NCBI GenBank assembly: GCA_951406725.2 | Contig: OX597817.1 | Location: 59,520,001-59,584,000, forward strand | Length of the DNA: 64,000 bases | DNA from: Octopus vulgaris | Taxonomy: Eukaryota | Direction of reading: 5' to 3' | Shown here: in pieces, positions 52,560-64,000 of the stretch | Position numbering within the stretch: position 1 is the first letter of the stretch | Layout: the number at the start of each line of letters is the position of its first letter | Translations under genes and position numbers: made by a program | The notes under the pieces: generated by a model | Told to the model about the DNA's origin: nothing | The model's input: only the letters and a program-made list of their open reading frames with translations | Databases searched by the model: none

Positions 52560-53012
52560 CAATGGAAATTGCAGCTGAGTTACCAGTGCCGGTGGCACGT
52601 AAGAGAACCATCCGAACGTGGCCGTTGCCAGCGCCGCCCCGACTAGCCTCGTGCCGGTGGCACGTAAAAAGCACCATCCGTTCGTGGCCGTTGCCAGCCT
52701 CGCCTGGCCCCCGTGCCGGTGGCATGTAAAAAGCACCATCCGTTCGTGGCCGTTGCCAGCCTCGCCTGGCCCCCGTGCCGGTGGCACATAAAAAAATCCA
52801 TCCGATCATGGCCATTTGCCAGACTTGTCTGGCACGTAAAAAGCACCCACTACACTCATGGAGTGGTTGGCGTTAGGAAGGGCATCCAGCTGTAGAAGCA
52901 TTGCCAGATCAAACTGGGCCTGGTGCAGCCTTCTGGCTTCCCAGACCCCAGTTGAACTGTCCAACCCATGCTAGCATGGAAAGTGGACGCTAAACGATGA
53001 TGATGATGATGA
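52560..53012 (+). mobile_element. Young RTE 3' end with four or more tandem ~62-bp UTR units, nested inside a SINE B copy
   Basis: CpG-rich, near-identical units at 52586, 52650, 52712 and 52774. SINE B head at 52400-52540 and tail at 53015-53230 flank it. Confidence 0.88.
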
Positions 53013-53669
53013 TATGTGTGTGTGTATTTGTGTCTGTGTTTGTCTCCCCACCACATTTTGACAAACGATGTTGGTGTGCTTATGTCCATGTAACTTAGTG
53101 GTTTGGCAAGATAGACTGATAAAGTATCAGACTTTTAAAAAATAAGTCCTGCCGCTGATTTATTCAGCTAAAACCTTTCAAGGCAGTGCTCCACCCTGGC
53201 CATGGTCAAATGACTGAAACAAGTAAAAGATATATATTCTTTCATTCTTTTACTCGTTTTAGTCATATGATTGTGGCCATGTTGGAGCATTGCTTTTTAG
53301 TCAAACTAATCGACCCCAGAACTTATTCTTTGTAAACCTAGCACTTATCCTATCGGTCTCTTTTGTCAAACTGCTAAGTTACGGGGACATAAACACACCA
53401 ACATCAGTTGTCAGGCGATGGTGGGGGAACAAACACAAACATATACACATATATGTATATATGCAACAGGCTTCTTTCAGTTTCCATCTACCAAATCCAT
53501 TCACAAGGCTTTGATTGGCCTGAGGCTAGAGTAGAAGACACTTGCCCAAGGTTCCACGCAGTGGGACTGAACCCAGACCTATGTAGCAAGCTTCTTACCA
53601 CACAACCATGCAAGTAGTCAAATGCTAGACAGAGAAATGCAGATACACCCATATGTATATATATATATC

Positions 53670-53963
53670 GTGACCTATATTTGCCATTTGAATATGGCTA
53701 ACCCCTAAGGGTGGATGCTATTGTAGTTTGTAGCCCCAGGAAGACACCTCCTCCAGCTGGCTATAGACACACTTTCTGTGCCCTATCAGTATTTGTGAAG
53801 GGAAGTCATCCTTCCCCATCTTCCCGTCTTCCCTTCACAAATACTGATAGGGCACAGAAAGTGTGTCTATAGCCAGCTGGAGAAGGTGTCTTCCTGGGGC
53901 TACAAACTACAGTAGCATCCACCCTTAGGGGTTAGCCATATTCAAATGGCAAAGATACGTCAC
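53670..53963. repeat. Near-perfect 136-bp inverted repeat with 22-nt spacer, in (TA)n
   Basis: 53670-53805 versus 53828-53963, with 4 mismatches counted. A unique tail 53964-54012 follows the right arm. Confidence 0.95.
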
Positions 53964-54011
53964 AATGTGTTGCCGCTACTGTTTATAACTCGCTCTGAGA
54001 TTTATCATTGT

Positions 54012-54042
<31 letters not shown>

Positions 54043-54114
54043 ATGACGGAATATTATTCCTAACTTACAGGGAAAAATTCAGTTTAGAAATACTAAATCA
54101 AATTTCACAAAATA

Positions 54115-54160
<46 letters not shown>

Positions 54161-54320
54161 AAAATCACCTTTTATCAATTCAAAATGAACAGTTAAATTA
54201 CACCATCTAGAAAATTACATATAATAGAAATATTAAAATTAAAATAACAATAATATACCAATGATTAAGTAAATTGCAAAATAATAATAAAAACCTATAT
54301 ATTTGGTATATATACTTGTT

Positions 54321-54363
<43 letters not shown>

Positions 54364-55666
54364 TTGTCTGTGTGTGTGGAGAGAGAGGGAGAGTGGAATT
54401 TCTAATTACTACTGTGAAGGCCATTATAATTTTTGTCATTGTTGACAAAAGGAAGTCTTCAAGAGGGTCCCTTCCTAGAGATGTTACTGCTGCTTCTCCT
54501 CCACAGCTGCTTGCCCTTGGCAGCAGGGAAAGTGGATAAATGCCACTGGGGGAAGCCTCCCACAATCACCTCTTCCACTCTGTTTGCTGTACACATCACA
54601 CTGGCCAACAACAATACACACCCTCTCTCTGTTATCTCTGTCCTTTTGTCTTCTTTGATGTCTGTTTCTCTGTCTGTTTGTCTACTTCCCCACAACATGT
54701 GCTACATAAAGTAGAGCAACACCTTTATACCCCCCTCTCTCTTTTTCTCTCTCACTTTACACACACACATTCATTATCATTTAACATCCTCTCTTCTAAG
54801 TTTGCATGAGTCACAGAATCTGTTGAAGCAGATTTTCTACAGCTGGATGCCCTTCCTGTCACCAACCCTTGTTGCCAAGCAAGGTAATATTTTCCCATAG
54901 CTACATATGTTTTTCAAGGAAGACTGGAAATGAACAACCTCACTTGTATGACAAGGATGTTCATTTACAACCATCATATGATCTGTAGACAAAAGTATAC
55001 ACATGCACACACACATACATATTGTTGATGTTTGTTTTTATGTTCAGTTGTAATAAAGAAAACAGTTTCACATTAATCTGATGGGTTGCTCTATACTTTT
55101 GTAGAGTACAAATTTAGTATTCTGAAGCAAGAATATTATTGCCAGTGACTTCGAAGTTTCAGCCAGTTTAGCCATTGTTGAACTGCAATGCATTGAAGTT
55201 AATCTTGTGTTTATATAGTCTCTGTCGCAACATATATATAATATATATCTCACAATCAAATGGAAATTGTAGTAGTGGTCCCTGTGCCGGTGGCACGTAA
55301 AAAGCACCCACGACACTCTCGGAGTGTAGAAACATTGCCAGATCAGACTGGTGCAGCCTCCCAGCTTTCCAGACCCCAGTCGAACCATCCAACCTATGCC
55401 AGCATGGAAAACAGATGTTAAACGATGATGATGATGATGATGATATACATATATATATGTAAAGGCGGCGAGCTGGCAGAAACGTTAGCACGCCGGGCAA
55501 ATATGTTCCGAGTTCAAATTCTGCCGAGGTCGACTTTGCCTTTCATCCTTTCGGGGTCGATAAATTAAGTACTAGTTACGCATTGGGATCGATTTAATCG
55601 GCCTAATCCCTTTGTCTGTCCTTCTTTGTCCCCTCTGTATTTAGCCCCTTGTGGGTAGTAAACAGA

Positions 55667-55696
<30 letters not shown>

Positions 55697-55697
<1 letters not shown>

Positions 55698-55872
55698 GAT
55701 TGACCTCTAACTCCACAAGATTTTTATTCTCTCTCTGTTTATTTCCTCGTGTTCCTTTCAGTTGAAGAGCGTAAGCTCGAAATGTAAAAGACTTTCTCAC
55801 CTTCCTGAGCATTAGACTAATACATCTGCTTCTTGTCTATACGCCTGTCTTTGTCTTTCTGTAAATTTCAAC
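55697..55872 (+). mobile_element. Hammerhead-variant element, family 2, copy 3
   Basis: cttt CAGTTGA A GAGC gtaa GCTC GAAA TG TA aaag at 55755-55790. Flanked by (TA)n. Confidence 0.7.
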
Positions 55873-56913
55873 TATATATATATCCCATGCCGGTGGCACA
55901 TAAACAGCACCATCCATGGTTGATGCCAGTATCCCCTGACTGGTTCTTGTACTGGTGGCACATAAAAAGCCCCATCCGAACGTGGTCAATGCCAGCCCCC
56001 TCACCCTGTCTGGCTCCTGTGCTGGTGGCACATAAAAAGTACCCACTCTCGGAGTGGTTGGCATTAGGAAGGGCATCCAGTTGTAGAAACACTGCCAGAT
56101 CAGACTGGAGCCTGATGCAGCCCACTGGCTCTCCAAACTTCAGTCAAACCATCCAACCCATACCAGCATGGAAAATGGACGTTAAACAACAATGATGATG
56201 ATGATGATATATGCTTTAGTATAAGCAATCTGTCATTATTGAAAGTGTTAACCACATGATGGTGGTAATGGTGGTGTTGTGTAGCCCAAGGTCAGTCTTG
56301 ATTCAAGCAAATCTCTAAGCAAAGCCAATCCAACCATTGCGTCCATATTATGTTTTGTCATGTTTCCATAAGACTGCATCATCTTAGGTGTCTTCCTTTA
56401 TTTATGACAAGAGAATTTGACGGCTGTGATTTGAAGAAGTTCTGGCTATCATTTCTAGAAAAATCTATTCACCAAGTGGAAGCCCTCTCATGCATTGGTT
56501 GGTGATCACAATCCTTCAACCCTGGTATGGAATTGCTGCTGTTTTATATAGACAAATAGTTGTTATCTCGATAATTCCAGTTGGCAGGGCAAGCTGGTTA
56601 TCGAAATCTTGCAGTGGGATGTAGAAGATAAAAAACAACAAATTTTCACATCTGGGTCAGATTTGATTTATTTAGTTTTCAATTTGATGTGGCTATCAAA
56701 CAATTATTTTTAGTGAGTGCTCTCTGCTTCTCTATCCATACTCACACATGCACATGTTTGATTGACTGTTGACTGAAAAGTTACAACAGTGATTCATGGG
56801 TCAAGAGTTTTGTGCAGAGCACTTACATTTGAGGGAATGTGTGTGTATATATATATATATATACATACACTTTAGATGAGTTGTAGTGCACCTGAGCACT
56901 GTACACAATGTTT

Positions 56914-56954
<41 letters not shown>

Positions 56955-57330
56955 CTAGCAGTATCACCCGGTGTTGCTCGGGTTTGTTTTGACCCTTTAG
57001 AATTTGAATTTTTGAAAAGTAAAAATTTTGCATTATGTAGCTTAAGTGAACATTTTTTTCTGTTTGAAATACACAGAAAAATGGCGACACAGCAGTGAAA
57101 AAATTGTAAAAAATAGGGATTTTCATAGAAAAAAAGCACCTTTTTGATGTAAATAAATTTTGGTGTTAACATGGTCCGATTTGAATTTTATCTTCTACGG
57201 AAGGAAGAGCAAGCCTTCTTCTATCATACTCTCAATTTTGGTCAACTTATGCCGCAGGGTCTCGGAGGAAATAGTGTTAGTTGAAGGCTACCAAACCTGC
57301 CATACACAGACAACTTCAGCTTTATATATA
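56955..57330 (-). mobile_element. Non-autonomous Helitron
   Basis: Minus-strand 3' end has hairpin CCCG-AGCAACAC-CGGG, 8 nt, then CTAG|T. No TSD; embedded in (TA)n. Confidence 0.75.
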
Positions 57331-57893
57331 TATATATATATATAATATAACTTATATGGCCTGGCTCTTTATTGGTTATAATGATGAGTGTTCCAGTTGA
57401 TCTAATCAGCAGAACAGCCTGCTCATGAAATTAACATGCAGATGGCTGAGTACTCCACAGACATATGTACCCTTAGCGTAGTTCTTAGAGAGACATTCAG
57501 TGACACAGACTGTGACAAGGCTGGCTCATTTGTATTACAGGTACGACTCATTTTTACCATCTGAGTGGACTGGAATAAAAAGTACCTTGCTCAAGGATAC
57601 AATGCACCTCTGGGAATCAAGCAAATACCCACAAAGCCATGCACACACACACACACATATGCATGCATGCATACACGCACACATGCGCACTCTTAGTGTT
57701 GGAAGAAAGAGTACTCAATGCCATAATAGAGATTAATAATGTTTTGTTTTGGTTGATTCTCTTCTTGTTTTGAGCTTCACCTGTAGGTGTGGTGCGTCTT
57801 GGGACAAATTATGACTGGGAAATGATAGACTTTACTTATGGGGTGTGATGTTGAAAGGGAGATCTTATCTATTTCTCTCTCTCCCTCTCTCTT

Positions 57894-57928
<35 letters not shown>

Positions 57929-57934
57929 GTATAC

Positions 57935-58152
57935 ATATAATATGTGACAATTATTCGGTAGCCATGATACAACTCCAAGTTTCGGATGTCGGGGTGGAAA
58001 CCCACGCCAGCATCTCTTCAGTTATCGGTCCATCAAAAAAATGCATTTTTTTTATGGCCCAATAACTGAAGAGATGGTGGTGTGGGTTTCCACCTCGACA
58101 TCCAAAACTTGGAGTTGTATCATGGCTACCGAATAATTATCACATATTATAT
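57935..58152. repeat. ~218-bp palindrome whose arms contain a hammerhead motif (family 3)
   Basis: Centre AAAAAAATGCATTTTTTT. Arms pair out to ATATAATATGTGA / TCACATATTATAT. A tail follows at 58153-58228. Confidence 0.92.
57966..58026 (-). ncRNA. Type-I hammerhead ribozyme motif with long helix II
   Basis: GAUAA CUGAAGA GAUGCUGGCGUGG guuu CCACCCCGACAUC C GAA ACU ugg AGU U GUAUC. The mirror copy at 58061-58121(+) has GAAA changed to AAAA. Confidence 0.65.
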
Positions 58153-58317
58153 TTACAGATAAATTCCTCAATTTACATAATATCAAAGTCTCTTTCATTC
58201 TTTTGTTGTCTTACCATTTCTATCAATATCATCATCATCATTTAACGTCTCCTTTCCATGCTAGCATGGGTTGGACAATTTGACTGAGGACTGGCGAACC
58301 AGATATATATATATCGT

Positions 58318-58460
58318 ATCAGAACAATTACCCCCCCTTGGTTAATTACCCCCATCTCCAATATATTAAGAGGTTTTAAATCATCATCTGTTGTTCTCAA
58401 GGCTAATTGTCCTTGGGGATATTATTGTCTATGGGCGGGTTGGGGAATGTCCTAGACTCA
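58318..58460. mobile_element. Short dispersed element (MITE-like); uninterrupted version of 20168-20610
   Basis: ATCAGAACAATT..CTCCAATATATTAAGAGGTTTTAAATCATCATCTGTTG..CCTAGACTC matches both sides of the SINE D insertion at 20222-20528. Confidence 0.7.
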
Positions 58461-59229
58461 TGTGTATGATGATATATAGCTACTATCTTGTAGAAGAGCC
58501 ATTTAATAACACAAAACTTTTGTTAAATGACAAAAATTTTGATGCTTCATGAAATAAATTTAAGTTTCTAATGAATTTAACTGCTTTGTGTACTAATAAA
58601 TGACTCTTTCGCAATGAAGTTGTTTCCATTTCAATATACAGCCTCACAGTAACTTACCTGCCTGACAAGTACAACTCTGAAATATATGTATGTGTATGTA
58701 AAGAGAGAGAGAAAGAGGTGTGTCTGTCTAGATATGTTTTCATGCATTCACTGAAAATCTAGGTGAGGTAGCAGAGTCATTAAGGTGAGACAGAATACCT
58801 TGCAGTTTTTTTGGGTTTTTTTCTCTCTCCAGTTCTATGTTCAGATGTCACCGAGGTCATCTTGGCATTTTACCATTTCAGGGTCGATGAAAAATGCTGA
58901 TCAAAGGCAGTTGTAACTGTTAAGGAATCAGATCAGAAACCTTAGGGTTCCTGTTGCAGCTCTTTGCATTTGGATGATAAATAGCTGCAGTGACCCTGCT
59001 GCTGTGTTAGCCATGCTGTTCCTTTGGACATGACCAGTAGCGTACAGAGAAAAGGGTTGCATGTATCAGCAGCTACTGATCTTCCAGCTTTCCAAGGCCT
59101 GTGGCTCAGAGAGGAACTTAACCAGGTGCAGCAATCCATGGTCAGCTATGACTACATAAAGCCCTGCTATTTAAGGAGAGAGAGGGGTTCTCTTATCACT
59201 TGAATGAATGAAGCTTCAGCCAGACATAA

Positions 59230-59500
59230 CTGCACGGTTTTCTTATTTTGATGTTTTGTCATGTCACCTTATGCAGGAATTTAGGCCTATCTACGATTTG
59301 CAGATCTGGTTACAGACACTGCAATAGTGGGCTCCTTCATGGGGTGGAGTGGGAGTTGTTGGGTGGTGAACTTGGCTCTGTGCGGGATCAGAGGGTGATC
59401 CTGTCTGCCTCAAAGTCAGGGATGGTTTTATAGAATGAGCTTCTCCACTGGGCTCTATTCAGTGTGTCTGATTCCCATATAAAATAAGCCGAGCATCGTT
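59230..59500 (-). mobile_element. RTE (BovB-like) LINE C-terminal fragment with zinc-finger remnant
   Basis: Minus strand reads WESDTLNRAQWRSSFYKTIPDFEADRI and HYCSVCNQICKS*IGLNSCIR*H. Confidence 0.7.
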
Positions 59501-59984
59501 AAGGGCATCATGTGGTCAGGAAGTAAACTTGTTAACACACATCCAGGTCTTTGCTATAATGAAATAAAATATTCAGCCATAAAACTCAATGTAATGACAG
59601 CAAGCCAGCAACAGATTTGAACTCTTGATCTATAAGTTGGCAGTTGAATATTTTATTTACTCAGTCATTTCACCTCTAGTAAGATATAATTATGCCATCG
59701 TCAGCCTGAGTTTTTAACTTTTATTTGAAGGTTTTGGCATTTGAGAAACGTCGTGTCTAAAGTTGGTCTTCCCTTCTGTGGTAAGGCCGTGTGTGTGTGT
59801 TTCTGCTTTGAAAGATGAATGATTCATGACCTGTAACGTTTACTGACACACTGCAATGATGAGTGCAAGCATGTAAAGGTGAGCTTAAGCACAGCTAAAA
59901 CTCCCTCACTGCACTCACTTATCATCCTATCCTAGCCTAGGCTCTCTCTCTCTCTTTCTCTCCCCCTCTCTCTCCTCAGCCATT

Positions 59985-60097
59985 ATTTCAGTCTGCACTA
60001 ATTCTTTAACCTCACACCACTCCTGCCAACCTCATTGTTTCTATTAATTGCTCCCCACCACCACCACTACAACTACAGCCTGCACAAATTCTTTACC

Positions 60098-60128
<31 letters not shown>

Positions 60129-60650
60129 GGTTTTCAACACAAATCACCACGGCTGTACTAATTCTTCACAAACGCCAACATCACAGCCTGCATCAGTTCT
60201 TCAGCATCAATGCCATCACAGCTGCACTAGTTCTTCATCAGCAGCACCACCACCACCACCACCACCATAACTACTGCCTGCACTACTTTCTCACCACCAC
60301 CACCACAGCATGCAGTAATTCTTCACCACCATTTTCATTAAATCTCCACCACCACCACTACAGTTCACACAAATTCTTCACCATTCCAACCCTGCCTCCA
60401 CCATCCCCGCCACCATCTTCACAGATCTTTTTCTATCATCATCACAACAATTTGCAGTAAATCTCCGCCACCACCACAGACTGCACCATTCTTCACTATT
60501 CCACCACCACCACAGCTGGCAGTAGTTCTCCAGTATCACTACTATCTGCATCAATTCACCACCAGAAGTCAGTACTAGTTTTTCATCAGTCAAACGTGCC
60601 ATTTTGTCTTTCACTCCTGTTCTTCACCATTCTCTCACCAGCCTATTTAA
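59985..60650. repeat. Degenerate (CAC)-rich minisatellite
   Basis: Recurrent CAG(C)CTGCACTA(A/G)TTCTTCACCACCACC units with variable CAC/CAT runs. Confidence 0.85.
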
Positions 60651-62362
60651 TCCGCACCCAGGTGGTGACAAGGGTATTCCGATAAATTCGGTTTAGGTTC
60701 TTGTCAACGGAGTGAGATGCTGCAACTGTTAAGTTGGTCTTCGTCCCATTAATCTTCAGATGGACGAAAGGAAAACCTCAACAACACCAGAACTGATTAG
60801 CAACAACCACAACATTGTTTGACAGTCTTCAAAAAATAAAAAATAAAACATTAAATATTAACCGAAATGTACTTATTAATTACATTAATAATAATGTACA
60901 ACAACAATAATAATGATAATAATAATAATAATAATAATGATTCTTTCTACTGAAGGTTCAGGACTTGAAATGTTGGGAGAAGGGGGCTAATTGATTATAC
61001 CCCCCCCCCTAGTGTTCAACTGGGACTTATTTTATCAATCTTGACCAGATGAAAGGCTAAGTCAACCACAGTAGAATTTGAGTCCTGGACATAAAGACAG
61101 ATAAAATGTTGCAAAACATTTTGTCTGATGTGCATACAATTCTGCCTGTTTGAGTAGTATTAGTAGTAGTAGTAGTAATGATGATGATAATCCTTTCTAC
61201 TAAAAGCACAAAGCCTGAAATTTGGGGGGAGGGGACTAGTTGATTACATCGACCCCAATGCATAACTGGTACTTAATTTATCACCCCTGAAAGGATGAAA
61301 GGCAATTTGAACTCGGAACGTAGCAGCAGACAAAATACCACTAAGCATTTTGCTTGGCATGCTCACAATTCTGCCAGCTTACCACCTTAATAGTAATAAT
61401 AATAATGGTGATGATGATGATCCTGTCTACTATAGGCACAAGGCCTGAAATTTGTTGGGAGGGGGTAAATCGATTAGATAGACCCCAGTGTTTCACTGGT
61501 ACTTATTTAATTGATCCCGAAAGGATGAAAAGCAAAATCGACCTCGGTAGAATTTGAACTCAGAATGTAAAAACAGACAAAATGCCACTAAGCATTTTGT
61601 CCAGCATGCTAATTATTCTGCCTGCTCACTGCCTTAATAATAATGATAATAATAATAATGATGATGATGATGATGGCAGCAAACAGGCTTAGTGGCATGT
61701 TCTGAGTTCAGATATTGCTGAGATTAGCTTTGCCTTTCATCTCTCCAGGGCCAATAACATAAATTACCAGTCAGTTACTGGGGTTGATATAATCGACTTT
61801 CCCTGCTCCTCAGAATTACTGGTCTTCTACCCAAATTAGAAATAATAATAATAATAAATAATTGTTCTACTCCTAGTCTTTCTACAAAGCCTGAAATGAT
61901 ATTTGATGCCAGAACTCAACTGCTATTTCTTTTACTTCAACCACATGTGGCATTTTCGTGTGTTCCTGCAGTGAGACTATGTTTGTCTCATTCTGATTTA
62001 TATTTTGTTTTTGACACAAAATTTCTATGAAGAAGAGATTTTATCTCAGACAATTCCACAGCAATGTGTCAGTGTGTCTACACAAATGGCAAGTGTAATT
62101 ATATGCTCTTTCAGTTGCCTGCACTGGATTTTTATGTTTGTGTGTCCATATGTACATTATATATATGTGGATAGATATCGGGGAGGCAGGGTAGATGCAT
62201 CTTGTTTTCATATTTGATTATTTACATGAACTGCTGGAGTAAATTTTGTTTAGTTTTAAATATTTATATTTTCATCACCAGGTTCTTGTGTAAGACTGTC
62301 CAAATACAAATGAATGAGTGGCATGCCAACATTTGACTTCCTGGCCTCGAATCTCCTATATT

Positions 62363-62742
62363 CATCATCATCATCATCATCATCATTGTTTAACGTCCAC
62401 CTTCCATGCTAGCATGGGTTGGACGGTTTGACCGGGATCTGGGAAGCCAGGAGGCTGCACCAGGCTCTAGTCTGATATGGCAGTGTTTCTACAGCTGGAT
62501 GCCCTTCCTAACGCCAACCACTCCGTAAGTGTAGTGGGTGTTTTTTATGTGCCACTGGCAGTGGCCAGAATCGGTTGATGCTTTTTACGTGCCACCAGCA
62601 CAGAAGCCAGTCAAGGTGGCGCTGGCATCGGCCACGTTCGGATGGTGCTTTTTACTTGCCACTAGCACAGGGATCACAACTACAATTTCCATTTGATTTT
62701 TGATGTTGATGTACTTGATTCAATAGGTCTCCTCAAGCACAG
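62363..62742 (-). mobile_element. RTE 3' end flanked by ~130-bp direct repeats
   Basis: (CAT)n tail begins immediately after 62232-62362; that sequence recurs at 62810-62936. Confidence 0.85.
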
Positions 62743-64000
62743 TGTGTGTATATATATATATATATATATATCATCATCATCATCATCATCCTTTAACTGT
62801 CCGCTTACTTGCTGGAGTAAATTTTGTTTAGTTTTAAATATATTTTCATCACCCGGTTCTTGTGTAAGAATGTCCAAATACAAACGAATGAGTGCCATGC
62901 CAACATTTGACCTCCTGGCCTCGAATCTCCTATATTATTCCTACATATCATCTCAATCCACATCGTCGTCATCATCATCTCCCTCATCCATTCATTCACA
63001 AAACTCATTGAAGCTCACATTTGTGATTAACGTTATTCATGCCCCAGACGCATTGAGGCATCTGTTATTATTTATAGCCATGAATTCTCATGGGGGACGG
63101 TTTAAAGATGCATAGAAGCATTCAAGGGCCACTGGGACTTCATAGCTATAGGTAAGGGATGCTTATACGACTCTGTGGTGTGGATACTGTTAAAGGAAGA
63201 GCTTTGTAGATTATGGCACAGATTACTAGCACCACACCTAACTCACCTGAGAAAGTGGACTATAACTGATGAATAGAGTTAAATTCAACATAGACATGAT
63301 GTTACACTGGTCAGTCTAACTATGCGGCCACTGTTGTTTGACCACTTCTCATACTTATTCTGATTTACTTGGATTAGACATAAGGCCCTGTGGAAAATGA
63401 TAAGTAGAATTACGTTGCATCCTCTATCAGGACGCAAAATCACAATGCAGTTGGGGTAGTGGCAATACTGTGTATTTAAGAAATTATTTCACAGCCAAAT
63501 GGTTTTGGTTTCAATCCCAGTGCACAGCTCCTTGGGAAAATGTGATGTGTGTTCTATTGTCCTCGGCTGATCAAAATCTTGTGATTGAATTTGGTCAACT
63601 GAAACTGCATAAAGGCCAGACTCTGTGTGTGTGTGTTTGTCCATCATTTTACATCTACTTTTTCATGTCTGCATGGGTCAGATGGAATTTGTTGGGGCAG
63701 ATTTTCCCTTGCCCTTCTTGTTACCAGCACTCAATGGTTTCTGAGTAAAGTAATAACCCCCCCCCCCTTTCCTCAGAAGATTGGCAATGAACAATATTAC
63801 TTGTCCGGTGGGATCCTCGTTTACAGCCATCTCTAGATGTCTAGATAAGGATGTGTGCACACACAACATATTTCTTCCAGTTTCCATCCCCCAATTCCAC
63901 TCACAAAATGATGTTAGGGTGTGGCTATAGTAGAGGTGTCATGCGGTGGGACTGAACTCAGAACCATATGGTTAGGAAGTAAGCTTCTTAACCACACAGC

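Noticed and set aside
60035-60460. 141-aa His/Thr-rich ORF
   Set aside because: Product of a CAC-rich minisatellite, with no splice or homology support.
61971-62217. Possible exon around ORF 62005-62217
   Set aside because: From the ctgcag acceptor all frames hit stops, and there is no convincing donor.
63078-63151. Possible exon bounded by ttatttatag and gtaagg
   Set aside because: Stops in all three frames; at most non-coding, and unsupported.

Overview
AT-rich, repeat-dense eukaryotic DNA. It is most likely from a coleoid cephalopod (Octopus-like), inferred from the SINE/LINE families and dense TA/CA/AAT/GAT microsatellites. Almost all ORF-track entries are microsatellite or repeat artefacts, and no complete host gene is present. 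The window appears to be upstream and intronic sequence of one large + strand gene: there is a promoter-like motif cluster at ~15.7 kb with short candidate first exons, a 47-nt exon at 19.75 kb, and a second repeat-poor promoter/first-exon island at 31-33.6 kb. The rest is transposon debris: clusters of R4/Dong-type (restriction-like endonuclease) LINE 3' ends nested in (AAT)n; many 5'-truncated RTE 3' ends whose UTR carries a ~62-bp tandem unit that can fold as an H-type pseudoknot; four tRNA-derived SINE families; Penelope, mariner and Tigger remnants; piggyBac-type and hAT-type MITEs; and a Helitron. The most notable signal is a set of at least three, possibly five, unrelated short elements carrying minimal hammerhead-ribozyme motifs, often as inverted (foldback) copies in (TA)n. 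One of them is a tRNA-headed SINE-like element with an intact hammerhead core. Coordinates were read by eye, so repeat boundaries are approximate.
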